DNA of 33,864 bases from Chlamydiota bacterium (GTDB lineage: Bacteria; Chlamydiota; Chlamydiia; Chlamydiales; Rhabdochlamydiaceae), in NCBI GenBank assembly GCA_023269365.1, contig JAHFTN010000001.1, forward strand, positions 1-33,864, written 5' to 3'. Positions 1-10,694 of this stretch are shown here, piece after piece. The notes below the pieces were generated by a model, which ran no database searches, was not told where the DNA came from, and saw only the letters and a list, made by a program, of their open reading frames with translations. Numbering within the stretch: position 1 is the first letter of the stretch; every line of letters starts with the position of its first letter. The position numbers were made by a program, and so were the translations under genes.

Positions 1-879
1 TGGCAAGGGAGTGGCTCTTCTGGGTATATGCTTCTTGCAACGGGATGTTCAGAGGAAGACCTTCGAACTCCTATCGTTTATCTATCTTCTGGGACCTCTT
101 ATATGCCCGATCCTGATTTCGTAATGAATTTAGAAACGGGGACAGGTTTAGCACTTTGGATAGCAACAGTGGGCAGTAATAAGGCTGTTGTCGCGGGAAG
201 CGTATCTCTTGCTGGAGTAAGGACAGGTCCAGTTCTGCTTTCTACAGAAGGGACCAATGCAGGTTCTCCTACCGTTGTTTTTAACAGTGCTGGGGATGCT
301 TTTGGTGCCTGGGTGATAAAAACACAGCCCTATTTTGCGCTAGAAGCGACGAGTTTATCAGATACCCTGGTAGCGTCCCCAACAACGCTATCGATGAGCG
401 GCGCGAGTTTGATGCATCCTCGCATTGCAGCCAATGCTGCAGGCCAAGTTCTTCTTGTTGCAGAAGCGCAAACAGGAATAACAGCATCACAAATTGTGAC
501 GGCATTACAGGGAGCTACGAGCGGATGGGGTCCTTTTCAAACCCTTTCTGCAAGTGCTACATTGCAAGCCAAAGCCCCAGAGGTTGCGCTAAACGAGTCG
601 GGACAGGGGGTCGCTATTTGGGTAGATAGAACGTCTGGGCAAGGAGTGATTCAAGTGGCTCAGTACTCTTCAGGAGAATGGGGCGATCCTATTCCCCTTT
701 CTTCTACCCAATATAACAGCGGGGTTCCGATGGTCTACCTACACGACTCGGGTTATGCAGTGGTGTCATGGCTCTCTTTAGATACGCAATCTACGGAGAC
801 AAACACTTTCCTTATCCAGTCTGCATGTCTTCCTTCTATGACAGGCACCTGGGGAAGTGCACAGACACTCTCTCCTTAA
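1..879 (+). CDS. Beta-propeller-like repeat protein, probably 5'-partial
   Basis: Frame 1 is open from base 1 (WQGSGSSGYMLL...). Five ~50-aa repeats of type P-x-V-x-x-N/D-x-x-G-x-A-x-x-x-W (PDFVMNLETGTGLALW, PTVVFNSAGDAFGAW, PRIAANAAGQVLLV, PEVALNESGQGVAIW, PMVYLHDSGYAVVSW). Ser/Thr/Gly-rich. Confidence 0.65.
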   Translation, partial: WQGSGSSGYMLLATGCSEEDLRTPIVYLSSGTSYMPDPDFVMNLETGTGLALWIATVGSNKAVVAGSVSLAGVRTGPVLLSTEGTNAGSPTVVFNSAGDAFGAWVIKTQPYFALEATSLSDTLVASPTTLSMSGASLMHPRIAANAAGQVLLVAEAQTGITASQIVTALQGATSGWGPFQTLSASATLQAKAPEVALNESGQGVAIWVDRTSGQGVIQVAQYSSGEWGDPIPLSSTQYNSGVPMVYLHDSGYAVVSWLSLDTQSTETNTFLIQSACLPSMTGTWGSAQTLSP

Positions 880-902
880 AAAGGCCTTCCCTCTACCCAA
901 AC

Positions 903-2174
<1,272 letters not shown>

Positions 2175-3281
2175 CTATCTCTGGGTATGTTTTTCTTTAA
2201 TAGAGCTAAGTATTGCTAAGTAGGAGGCAAAACGCAAGGGGGAAATCGCCCCCTCTTCCACCGCTTTTTTTACGGCGCATTCAGGCTCGTTGAGATGGCT
2301 ACAATTGGAATATTTGCAGTGTCTACTTGTGGAAAAAATCTCTTTAAAATGCGGGGAAACTTCTTCCACTTGCAAATCCCAAACTCCAAAACTTTTAATC
2401 CCAGGCGTATCAATACAAAACCCCCCTGCTTCTAGGGGGATGAGGTGGGTTGTCGTCGTCGTATGGGACCCTTTTTTCGTCTTCTGTACGATGGAACCTG
2501 TGAGTAGAGAGGAATCTGTCACCCAATTGATTAAAGAAGATTTACCCACTCCTGACTGCCCGGAGAACACAGAAGCTTTCCCTTTCATCACCTCTTTTAG
2601 CTCGCATAACCCCTCTTGAGATTCACAACTTATCGCAATCACATGAAATCCCAAGGCGCAATAGGTCTTCATAAATAAGGCGTAGAGTTCTTTTTCCTCT
2701 TGAGTCGCTTGAGAAAGTAAGTCGATTTTATTGATCAAAATAATAGGGGTCATGTTCCCCTTTTGAGCTGCGATGATGTAGCGATCGATAAGAGAGGGTT
2801 TTAGAGAGGGAAGAACGACAGAAGCTGTGATGAGCACCTGATCTATATTGACGGCGATGAGCTGCTCTTTATTTCTAGATAAATTATCAGCCCTTGACAA
2901 TACAGAGTAGCGCTCCTCGATAGAGGTGATGGAAGCAAATCCCTCCTTGTGCCTATCTACAGACACAAAATCTCCTACTGCGAGAAGATTTTTTGCCGCT
3001 TTTTTCTCTTGTTTCAAAGAGCCCCTCAGCTGCGAGAGGAGGACCTCTTCTCCCAGAGCCACTAATGCTCCCTCGGGGGTAAGGGCAAGAACACGCCCCT
3101 TGAGAAGATGTTCTGAGGAAGATTTAAGGGCTTCTCCTTGCTTTTTCAATTGATCTTGGTTGCTTTTTTTAAATTTAGAGCGGTCTTTAGTGGTGGCTAT
3201 TTTCCTCTCTTTGCGTCCCTCTTTCCGATCTTGGTCTAGAAAAAGCTCTTCTTCTTGCCACCATTTCTCATCTTTACTCAT
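2175..3281 (-). CDS. rsgA: Ribosome small subunit-dependent GTPase A
   Basis: Circularly permuted GTPase motifs NKID, GQSGVGKSS, GSHTTT, DTPG; C-terminal Zn site CKYSNCSHLNEPEC. Confidence 0.95.
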   Translation of the reverse strand: MSKDEKWWQEEELFLDQDRKEGRKERKIATTKDRSKFKKSNQDQLKKQGEALKSSSEHLLKGRVLALTPEGALVALGEEVLLSQLRGSLKQEKKAAKNLLAVGDFVSVDRHKEGFASITSIEERYSVLSRADNLSRNKEQLIAVNIDQVLITASVVLPSLKPSLIDRYIIAAQKGNMTPIILINKIDLLSQATQEEKELYALFMKTYCALGFHVIAISCESQEGLCELKEVMKGKASVFSGQSGVGKSSLINWVTDSSLLTGSIVQKTKKGSHTTTTTHLIPLEAGGFCIDTPGIKSFGVWDLQVEEVSPHFKEIFSTSRHCKYSNCSHLNEPECAVKKAVEEGAISPLRFASYLAILSSIKEKHTQR

Positions 3282-4022
3282 TTAGAAGCGCCTTTTTATC
3301 TGGTATAACAGGATCGCTCCAGCAGAAGCTACATTCAACGATTCGATCTCTTTTTCCATCGGGATGGCAACGAGTGTGGAGAGTTTTTTGAGCGCAGATC
3401 CCGCTCCATGCGCCTCATTCCCTAAGACAAGGGCTAAGGGGGGTTGGAAGGAAAGTGTGGAAAGATCTTTCCCTTTAGCATCTGCAGTAAAGAGATGGCG
3501 TTTTTGCCCTTTTAATTCTTCATAAGAGCTCCTCTTCCAAGGGAGTGTGAAGGTAGCGCCTTTTGCAGCGCGGATTGCTTTTTCATTCCAAGGATCGACG
3601 CTATTTTCTGTCACAAACACCCCCTCCCATCCTAGACAATAGGCACTTCTGAATAAAGTTCCGAGGTTTCCTGGATCAGACAACCCATCCAATATCAGCA
3701 AATAACGACAAGAGGAGAGATCGCTCATAGGAGGCATGGCCACTTCTGCAGCGAGGGGCTCTGGGTTCTGCACTCCCGTAATTTTTTTGAGAACTTCTCT
3801 AGACACATAGATACAGTGATCCGCTGCAGGGGTAAGAGGGAGTTCCTTCCCTTTTTCTATAAATAGGGTATGCACAGGCTGATAAGAGGCCACTTCGGAG
3901 ACCAATTTCTTTCCGCTGATGACAACTTTTTTGCATGCGTTTCTATAGGAATGGTCTTCTCGCAGTTTCACGCAGTGCTTCACAAGAGGATGCTGTAAAC
4001 TAAAAATTTCTTTCCCTTCCAT
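3282..4022 (-). CDS. TrmH/SpoU-family RNA methyltransferase
   Basis: SPOUT motifs LDGLSDPGNLGTLFRS, VLGNEAHG, IPM...ESLNVASA. Start moved to the ATG at 4022 (4040 possible) to avoid overlap with the divergent gene. Confidence 0.9.
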   Translation of the reverse strand: MEGKEIFSLQHPLVKHCVKLREDHSYRNACKKVVISGKKLVSEVASYQPVHTLFIEKGKELPLTPAADHCIYVSREVLKKITGVQNPEPLAAEVAMPPMSDLSSCRYLLILDGLSDPGNLGTLFRSAYCLGWEGVFVTENSVDPWNEKAIRAAKGATFTLPWKRSSYEELKGQKRHLFTADAKGKDLSTLSFQPPLALVLGNEAHGAGSALKKLSTLVAIPMEKEIESLNVASAGAILLYQIKRRF

Positions 4023-4090
4023 AAAGGAAGAGTGTAGCATAAAAAGGGTCACTTTCCTATAAGTAATTGAAATTACTGGAGAAGACAACA

Positions 4091-5176
4091 ATGGACGCGA
4101 CGACTCTACCACACGCCTTCTGCTTAGAAGATCGTTTATGGTTTCTCGAAATGATCATCGGGATTGTGGTGCTGGTGGCACTTAATTTTTTATTTAAGCG
4201 GGTCGTCAAGCATATGCGTCACCGCGCCTTGTCTACGACCTCTTGCTGGCAAGAGAAGCTCGACCACATTTTATATATCCCTTTTCAGATTTTGATGTGG
4301 ATTTTGGGGAGCACTCTTGTCTTTGAAATTTTGGGGCGCCGCTTTGATGTTTCCTTTTTTGAAGGGTATATCGATGCCTTTCGTAGTACTGGACTTGTGG
4401 TGTGCTTGGCGTGGGCGTTACTTCGATGGAAAGCCGTTTTGCAAAGAGAATGGCTCAATAAAGAAGGGAAGTTGCTCCAGATCGATAGGGGCTTTGCCCA
4501 GGTCATCGGGAAAATCGTTTCGATTATGATTATTGTGATCGCAGCCATGGTGGTCCTTGGGGTCTGGGGATTAAATATAGGGCCTCTGATTGCTTTTGGG
4601 GGGATTGGAGCTGCAGCAGTGGGATTTTCCGCAAAAGATGTGCTCGCAAACTTCTTTGGAGGGCTGATGTTGCATATCAATCGCCCGTTTATAGTTGGGG
4701 ATTGTATCCTTTTACCAGAACAAAATTTAGAAGGGTATGTCGAGGAGATAGGCTGGAATTTAACGACGGTGCGCGATAAAGACAAAAGACCCGTCTACTT
4801 GCCGAACTCTACGTTTTCCAACGTCCTTGTCATCAATGCGGCGAGGATGACCCATCGGCATATCAAAGAGACGATTAGCATCGCCTATGAAGATTTTCCT
4901 AAGATTGCCTTTCTTGTTGAAGCATTGAAAGACAAGATCTCTTCTCACCCCGACATAGATACCCATTTGCCCCTTTTAGTCGTGTTAAATGGATTGGGCG
5001 AGTCGGGATTAAATTTGTTTGTCGATGTGTATACGCTGCAGACCCGCTATAACCAGTTTTTGCGGGTAAAACATGAAATTCTAATGCTTATTTACAAAGA
5101 GATGACTAAAGCAGAGGTGCGGTTTTCCTCGCCTAATATGGTCATCACAGGGCAGATCAAGACCTTTATTTCATAG
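4091..5176 (+). CDS. mscS: Small-conductance mechanosensitive channel family protein
   Basis: GGIGAAAVGFSAKDVLANFFGG, RPFIVGD, GYVEEIG, VYLPNS; N-terminal TM helices; GGAGAAG upstream of ATG 4091. Confidence 0.9.
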   Translation: MDATTLPHAFCLEDRLWFLEMIIGIVVLVALNFLFKRVVKHMRHRALSTTSCWQEKLDHILYIPFQILMWILGSTLVFEILGRRFDVSFFEGYIDAFRSTGLVVCLAWALLRWKAVLQREWLNKEGKLLQIDRGFAQVIGKIVSIMIIVIAAMVVLGVWGLNIGPLIAFGGIGAAAVGFSAKDVLANFFGGLMLHINRPFIVGDCILLPEQNLEGYVEEIGWNLTTVRDKDKRPVYLPNSTFSNVLVINAARMTHRHIKETISIAYEDFPKIAFLVEALKDKISSHPDIDTHLPLLVVLNGLGESGLNLFVDVYTLQTRYNQFLRVKHEILMLIYKEMTKAEVRFSSPNMVITGQIKTFIS

Positions 5177-5675
5177 AGACGGTAAGCTTTTTAAGCTGCC
5201 ATAACTCTATGAAGGCAAGTCCCCCAAATAATACGAAGATGCTATAGAGGTAGCTGGGAAAGACTAAATTTAAACTCAGGCCGATAAGGAAAAGAAATTG
5301 CAAGGCAGTGGAGATTTTTCCCCAGCGGATGGCTGTCACCCTATATTTTTCCCAAAATCCCGCAAGACTCAAATAAATGCCAAAGACACACAGAAAGAAA
5401 TCGCGCGCGATCATCGAGCAGCTTTGCCAGATCTCTATTTTCCCTTCTGTATAAAAGACAACGAGGGCAAATAAGACAAAAAATTTGTCCATAGCCGGAT
5501 CTAACACAGCGCCAAGCCGGGTCACCGTCTTGCGCTTTCTTGCTAAATATCCATCAAAACTATCTGTTAACATAGCCAACACAATGGCGGCGACGCGGCA
5601 GGAGGAATTTTCTACTAAAAATAGTAAGGCGAGGGGGGCTCTAAGAAGAGACAAACTGTTGGATAAGCTCAACAT
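5166..5675 (-). CDS. pgsA: CDP-alcohol phosphatidyltransferase (PgsA-like)
   Basis: Signature TDSFDGYLARK...GAVLDPAMDK; hydrophobic protein. Confidence 0.85.
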   Translation of the reverse strand: MLSLSNSLSLLRAPLALLFLVENSSCRVAAIVLAMLTDSFDGYLARKRKTVTRLGAVLDPAMDKFFVLFALVVFYTEGKIEIWQSCSMIARDFFLCVFGIYLSLAGFWEKYRVTAIRWGKISTALQFLFLIGLSLNLVFPSYLYSIFVLFGGLAFIELWQLKKLTVSMK

Positions 5676-5701
5676 TGTATAACAACACGCGTTTTACGTT
5701 C

Positions 5702-6331
5702 TCAATCGGGAGATAGGTCCTTAGAAGGCTTTCTTTTTTTCTTAAGCTTATACCAAATAAAGCCAATTACGGCCACACCGAAAGCAGAAAAAATACATAG
5801 GTTAAAAGTCTTTAGATGATGCCAGAGGGTTTCATAATTTTTCCCCAGAATAAAAAATAGGGAGAAGTAGGCGCTGCACCATACGCTACAGGCAAGGGCA
5901 TCTGTAAGGATAAATTTCCCGAAAGGAACCTTACTCATTCCCGAGGACATGAAAATGCAATTGCGTACGCCAAAAGGGATAAAACGCCCAAAAATAAGCG
6001 TCCACATTCCATATTTCTCATAGAATTTTTTAATTGCGAGAAGTCTTGAAGAGGGCATGAATTTGGAAAAAAATTTAGAGGTGCTCAGAGTCTTCCCGAG
6101 AAATCTTCCTACCCAGTAAGCACACATGGCAGAGAGGTAGCATCCTATGAGGACGGCCCCAAATAGCCACGCTGTATTTTCTGGAACAAGAGTCGCTGCG
6201 ATTAACGCTGCTAATAGAACAAGGATATCTATGCTGATGGGGATATTAAATCCTGCCAAAATAACAGCCCCAAAGATATACCAATGGGCAAAGGCAGCGT
6301 GCTCGGTGATTAAATTTTTTAAAAATTCCAT
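5702..6331 (-). CDS. DedA family membrane protein
   Basis: YWVGRFLG, FYEKYG, IFGRFIPFGVR, SGMSKVPFGKF motifs. Confidence 0.9.
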   Translation of the reverse strand: MEFLKNLITEHAAFAHWYIFGAVILAGFNIPISIDILVLLAALIAATLVPENTAWLFGAVLIGCYLSAMCAYWVGRFLGKTLSTSKFFSKFMPSSRLLAIKKFYEKYGMWTLIFGRFIPFGVRNCIFMSSGMSKVPFGKFILTDALACSVWCSAYFSLFFILGKNYETLWHHLKTFNLCIFSAFGVAVIGFIWYKLKKKRKPSKDLSPD

Positions 6332-6408
6332 AAAAGTGGTAAAGGTTGTTATAGGTCCATTTATACCTTATTTTCTCATTTGCGTATTTATTAAAATAAG
6401 AGGGAGTG

Positions 6409-6885
6409 ATGCGATTAAAGAAAAAAGATGTTAGCAAAATGGCCCTTGGGTTCGCCCTTTTAATAGGGTTGGTTCTTTTTATTACGGCTTATGGGAAGTT
6501 TTTTTACCCTGCTGCCTCCTTAAGGGGGGTGGATCGAGTGGTGAGCCTATTTGAGATTATTTTATTAATTTCTTTAGTGGGCTTTAGGCGTTTTGGAAGG
6601 GTGTGGCTGGGGTCTTCTGTCATATTTGGCGCTTGGGCTGGGTATGCCTGGTTTTGGTACACAGTAAAGCTCCCCTGCGGCTGTATGGGGGAGTTACTCT
6701 ACATCCCCTCCAGTTTCTCTTTGGCTGTGGACCTATTATTTATTGCCCTGAGCTTGATGATGGCTTACTTGCTAAAAGTTAAAAAAGGGGATTTATATAA
6801 AGGGGGGAGTTGCTCTGCTGCAGCTTGCGTTGTAGGCTATTTCTGCGCAGAGGCTATCTACCGCTACTGGGTTCTAGTCCCTTAA
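6409..6885 (+). CDS. MauE/DoxX-like membrane protein
   Basis: About five hydrophobic segments and LPCGCMG, which resembles the MauE CGCFG motif; AGAGGGAG upstream (GTG 6406 or ATG 6409). Confidence 0.6.
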   Translation: MRLKKKDVSKMALGFALLIGLVLFITAYGKFFYPAASLRGVDRVVSLFEIILLISLVGFRRFGRVWLGSSVIFGAWAGYAWFWYTVKLPCGCMGELLYIPSSFSLAVDLLFIALSLMMAYLLKVKKGDLYKGGSCSAAACVVGYFCAEAIYRYWVLVP

Positions 6886-8413
6886 CTTCTTCTTCTGTAG
6901 AGATTTTAAGGGTCTCGTGGGAAGTGGTCAGATCTTTGAATTGTTTGCCAAGGGAGCGCACAGCGACCATCCAAGTTCCGATGGCAATAAGGAGTAGCCC
7001 CGCTACATAGGGGGTGCTTAAGGCGACGGTCCCAAAACACATGAGCAAGCTCTGATGCATAAGCGACCCGCCCGATTTTCCTACGCGAGAGCCTATCCCG
7101 TCAATGGCGGCTTTCCCTTTAAGCTTAGACTCTTTACTTAAGGGGATGAAGGCAAGTTCCTTCGTGGCGTCAAAGAGGGTGTATTTTGAAGCTCTAGCCA
7201 GGCAATTTTGTAGAGAGCCAAAAAAGACGCATAGAGCCAAGGGGGTCATATTTAAAAACGCGGCAAAGGAGGAGAAATTAGAATCTTTAAAGAAAAAAAA
7301 GAAGAAAAAACCGATTCCCGTGATGAGAAGGATGAAGGGAGAGATCATCGCGCTTCGAGTCCAGCTAAAGCGACGGATGATGGTTCCTGAGATGAAGACG
7401 CTAGCGACAGTGGCGATGATCCCAATCCATGTTAATACTTGCCCCATATAAGCATTAAAATCAGAGGGGTTGGGATAGAGTTGTTTCACCTGATCTTTCC
7501 ATACAACCTCGATTAAGTTAATGGCGATGTTATAAGTGACGACAATGGCAGCGATGCAGATTAAATATTTTGATTTTGCGAGATAGGCAAAGTTTTTTCT
7601 TAATCCCATTGTAATTTTAGTTTGTCCCTCATGTTCCGCATGATAGGAAGGAGCGTTATATCCCCCGCCCTGGTTGTGGATGTAACGAAAAAGAACCATG
7701 CATAAAGCCCCGGCTAGGATAACGACTCCTGTGAGGATGAAAATCGTTTGATCCCACGCCGTATTCCCAAAGGGAATGAATAGAGAGAAATGATTATGAG
7801 ACATCGCCGTTGCAAAAGAACCTGCAAAAATCCCCGATAAATTGATGCTAATCCCAAGGAGCCCGTAGTAGCGTTTGGCGTCATTTACAGAGGTCACATC
7901 ATTGGTAAATCCCCAGGCAAGGACGGTCATGATGATCGTACTCCACATCTCCGACATGACGTAAAAAAGAGTAAATGTCCAGTTGCGAAAAAGAGCAATA
8001 AAGCCTTTAAACCCTTGAGGCAACAACCCTTGCACCTTGTCGCATAAAGTATGAGGGTGCAGTGAATCTTGAAAAGGGTAGAGGCAGAAGATGAAGATTA
8101 AAAAAAATCCTATAAATATGCTCATCATGGCATAGAAAATTTTTTCTCTAGAAAGGCGGTTGGAGACGCGAGTAAAAATAAAAGTGAACAAAAAGGCCAT
8201 GGGAACAATCGCCCATACCTTAAGGAAGGGAAGGGCTTCAGCTCCCGAGGCGCGAGCCGTTACGACAAGGGCGTCTTTTGTAGCGCGCAGCAGACTGTAG
8301 TTAAACCCGACAAAAAAGAAAATGAGGAATAAAGGGATGAATATTTTGAGCTCATGACGATAGACTGGCCAGAGGTAAGCCCGCATTTTACTAAAGGTCG
8401 GCGCAGCAGTCAT
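6854..8413 (-). CDS. NTT/TLC family nucleotide transporter (Npt2-like)
   Basis: LWPV..HELK, LRATKD, FLKVW, FYVMSEMW, FDATKELAFIPL, KGKAAIDG, GKSGG; ~12 TM segments. Substrate cannot be assigned from sequence. Confidence 0.93.
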   Translation of the reverse strand: MTAAPTFSKMRAYLWPVYRHELKIFIPLFLIFFFVGFNYSLLRATKDALVVTARASGAEALPFLKVWAIVPMAFLFTFIFTRVSNRLSREKIFYAMMSIFIGFFLIFIFCLYPFQDSLHPHTLCDKVQGLLPQGFKGFIALFRNWTFTLFYVMSEMWSTIIMTVLAWGFTNDVTSVNDAKRYYGLLGISINLSGIFAGSFATAMSHNHFSLFIPFGNTAWDQTIFILTGVVILAGALCMVLFRYIHNQGGGYNAPSYHAEHEGQTKITMGLRKNFAYLAKSKYLICIAAIVVTYNIAINLIEVVWKDQVKQLYPNPSDFNAYMGQVLTWIGIIATVASVFISGTIIRRFSWTRSAMISPFILLITGIGFFFFFFFKDSNFSSFAAFLNMTPLALCVFFGSLQNCLARASKYTLFDATKELAFIPLSKESKLKGKAAIDGIGSRVGKSGGSLMHQSLLMCFGTVALSTPYVAGLLLIAIGTWMVAVRSLGKQFKDLTTSHETLKISTEEEVKGLEPSSGR

Positions 8414-8502
8414 ATCTTCCCTATGTTATGGGCAGTATAAACATAATTATATTAAAACAAGTCCTTTATACTTCAAGATGGCTTCATTATAAAGATCCTC
8501 TC

Positions 8503-9720
8503 TTATTTTGCAACGGTTGAATTTATATTTGACAAGGCATCGATCCCAGGCAAATGGCCATATTCGATGTATTCTAAAGCCGCCCCACCCCCCGTAGAGA
8601 CATGGGTAAATTGAGAAGCGAATCCCCACTGGTTAACGGCAGCGACGCTATCCCCCCCGCCTACAACGGTAAGGGCTTTTAACTTAGAAAGAACTTTTGC
8701 TATGTGCCGCGTCCCTTGAGAAAAACGGGGAAATTCAAACACGCCAAACGGGCCGTTCCAAAAGATTGTCGCAGCCTCTTTAAGGGCAAGGCTCCAGTTT
8801 TTGCAAGTTTGGGGTCCTATATCCATCCCTTCCCACCCGTCGGGAATCCCTTGGGACAGATTCACAATTTGAGTGGTAGCTTCATTGGAAAATGCATCGG
8901 CAATCACAAGATCTGTAGGCAGATGCAGCGGGATCTGTTTTTTTTGGCATAAAGCAATGAGGGCAGATGCCGCTTCTAGTTGGTCGTCTTCATGGGGGGA
9001 GCTCCCGATTTTTATTCCTAAAGCTTTAAAAAATGTAAAGGCCATGGCCCCTCCCACAAATAAGGCTTCTGTTTTAGAGGCAAGGGCTTTTAACACTCCT
9101 AATTTTGTGGAGATCTTTGCCCCTCCGATAAGGGCAAAGAAGGGGCGTTTGGGGTTGATTAACAGTGAAGTCAGCGCCTGGATCTCTTTTTGCAAGAGTA
9201 ACCCTGCAGCTGCTTTCCCTGGGAAGTAGGATGCGACTGCACATGTTGAGGAATGATTGCGATGTGCCGTGCCAAAAGCATCGTTGACGTAGAGGTCGGC
9301 AAAGCTTGCTAGTTGTTTTGCAAACAGGGGATCTAAAGAGGGCTTTTCTTCAGCGGGATAAAAGCGCAGGTTTTCGAGTAGAAGTACCTCTCCCGCCTTT
9401 AAGTTGTGAGCCTGGGAGGAAACTTCTTCTCCTACGCAATCTTTAGCCATTTGTACTGGAATTTTCAGGAGTTGCGAGAGTTCTTGTACACAAGGTTTCA
9501 AAGACAAGAGGGGATCTTTACGTCCGTTGGGCCTACCTAAATGGCTCATGAGAATCACGCTCCCTCCTGCCTTTATAATGTAAGCGATAGAGGGAATCGA
9601 CTCTTTGATGCGGGTGTTGTCTATGATCGTCCCTTCTTTATTTAAAGGGACGTTAAAATCGACGCGCATGAGCACTTTTTTTCCGAGTAGGTCTAACTCT
9701 TGAAGTGTCAGTATTGGCAT
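8503..9720 (-). CDS. pgk: Phosphoglycerate kinase
   Basis: RVDFNVP, SHLGRP, LLENLRF, NDAFGTAHR, GGGDS, HVSTGGGA. Likely start is ATG 9720 (MPILTL...) with GAGAGAG upstream; the ORF-track extension to 9990 is not PGK-like. Confidence 0.97.
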   Translation of the reverse strand: MPILTLQELDLLGKKVLMRVDFNVPLNKEGTIIDNTRIKESIPSIAYIIKAGGSVILMSHLGRPNGRKDPLLSLKPCVQELSQLLKIPVQMAKDCVGEEVSSQAHNLKAGEVLLLENLRFYPAEEKPSLDPLFAKQLASFADLYVNDAFGTAHRNHSSTCAVASYFPGKAAAGLLLQKEIQALTSLLINPKRPFFALIGGAKISTKLGVLKALASKTEALFVGGAMAFTFFKALGIKIGSSPHEDDQLEAASALIALCQKKQIPLHLPTDLVIADAFSNEATTQIVNLSQGIPDGWEGMDIGPQTCKNWSLALKEAATIFWNGPFGVFEFPRFSQGTRHIAKVLSKLKALTVVGGGDSVAAVNQWGFASQFTHVSTGGGAALEYIEYGHLPGIDALSNINSTVAK

Positions 9721-9814
9721 AAAATTTTCTCTCTCGGAGAGCCTCTTTTTAGCTTGAGTTATTTTAATTTTAAAGCATAGAGTTTTCTGGACAAAGAATA
9801 ACAGCGAGAGTGGG

Positions 9815-10687
9815 ATGAATCCTAAAACGCAAAGACGCAAAGGGGCAAAGACGCCAAGAAATCTTATAGATTTTTTTGGCGTCTTTGCCCCTTTGCGTCT
9901 TTGCGTTTTGTTGTTTTTTTTCTGTACGAAGTGTTTTGCTCTAGACGCTTCACAAAAGCCCTTTGTCATCGTTATCCCTTCGTACAACAATGCGCAGTGG
10001 TATTTCTATAACTTAAGTTCTGCCTGCGCGCAGAATTACGACAATTTTCGCATTATCTACGTTGACGACGCCTCTACAGATGGCACTGGGGACTATGTTC
10101 AAAAATACATACAAGAAAATCAGTTGCAACAGCGCGTGAGTTTGATAAAAAATCAAGAGCGCTGTGGGGCCTTATCGAACATTTACAAAGCTGTATGGTC
10201 TTGTTCTCCCGATGAGATCATTGTGACTCTAGATGGAGATGATTGGTTGGCTCATACGCATGTTTTAGAAAAGCTCAATGCTGTTTATGCAGATCGAGAA
10301 GTGTGGTTGACGTATGGGCAATTTGCATGGTACCCTCATGGGCATTTGGGCTTTGCAAGGGAAGTTCCACAAGAGATCTTGCGAACAAATAGGATCAGAG
10401 ACTACGACTGGGTGACGACCCATCTGAGAACATTTTACGCAGGGCTATTTCAAAAGGTTAAACGGGAAGACTTGCTCTATAACGGAGAGTTTTTCCCCAT
10501 GGCCTGGGATCTTGCCTTCATGTGGCCTATGGTGGAGATGGCAGGGGTCCACACCCGATTTATTCCCGATGTTTTATATGTGTACAATTTTGCAACACCG
10601 CTCAATGATAGTAAGGTCAATGCCGATCTACAAAGGACCCTTACGTGGATCTTGCGTTTAAAAGAGAGATATCAACCCCTATGGTGA
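9815..10687 (+). CDS. Glycosyltransferase family 2 with signal-peptide-like N-terminus
   Basis: VIVIPSYN, IIYVDDASTDGT, TLDGDD (DxD), DLAF; hydrophobic stretch LCVLLFFFCTKCFA precedes the domain. Confidence 0.88.
   Translation: MNPKTQRRKGAKTPRNLIDFFGVFAPLRLCVLLFFFCTKCFALDASQKPFVIVIPSYNNAQWYFYNLSSACAQNYDNFRIIYVDDASTDGTGDYVQKYIQENQLQQRVSLIKNQERCGALSNIYKAVWSCSPDEIIVTLDGDDWLAHTHVLEKLNAVYADREVWLTYGQFAWYPHGHLGFAREVPQEILRTNRIRDYDWVTTHLRTFYAGLFQKVKREDLLYNGEFFPMAWDLAFMWPMVEMAGVHTRFIPDVLYVYNFATPLNDSKVNADLQRTLTWILRLKERYQPLW
9824..9909. repeat. Perfect 34-bp inverted repeat built from 8-nt tandem units
   Basis: 9824-9857 aaaacgcaaagacgcaaaggggcaaagacgccaa is the exact reverse complement of 9876-9909; units acgcaaag/acgcaaag/gggcaaag/acgccaag. 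Confidence 0.95.
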
Positions 10688-10694
10688 GTAAATT

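Noticed and set aside
28-51. Lipobox-like MLLATGC at the ORF-track start
   Set aside because: The frame is open upstream to the window edge and the leader is too short for a signal peptide; probably internal sequence.
9721-9990. 90-aa N-terminal extension of pgk
   Set aside because: Antisense to the GT2 gene and open partly because the palindrome is stop-free; PGK homology starts at ATG 9720, which has an RBS.
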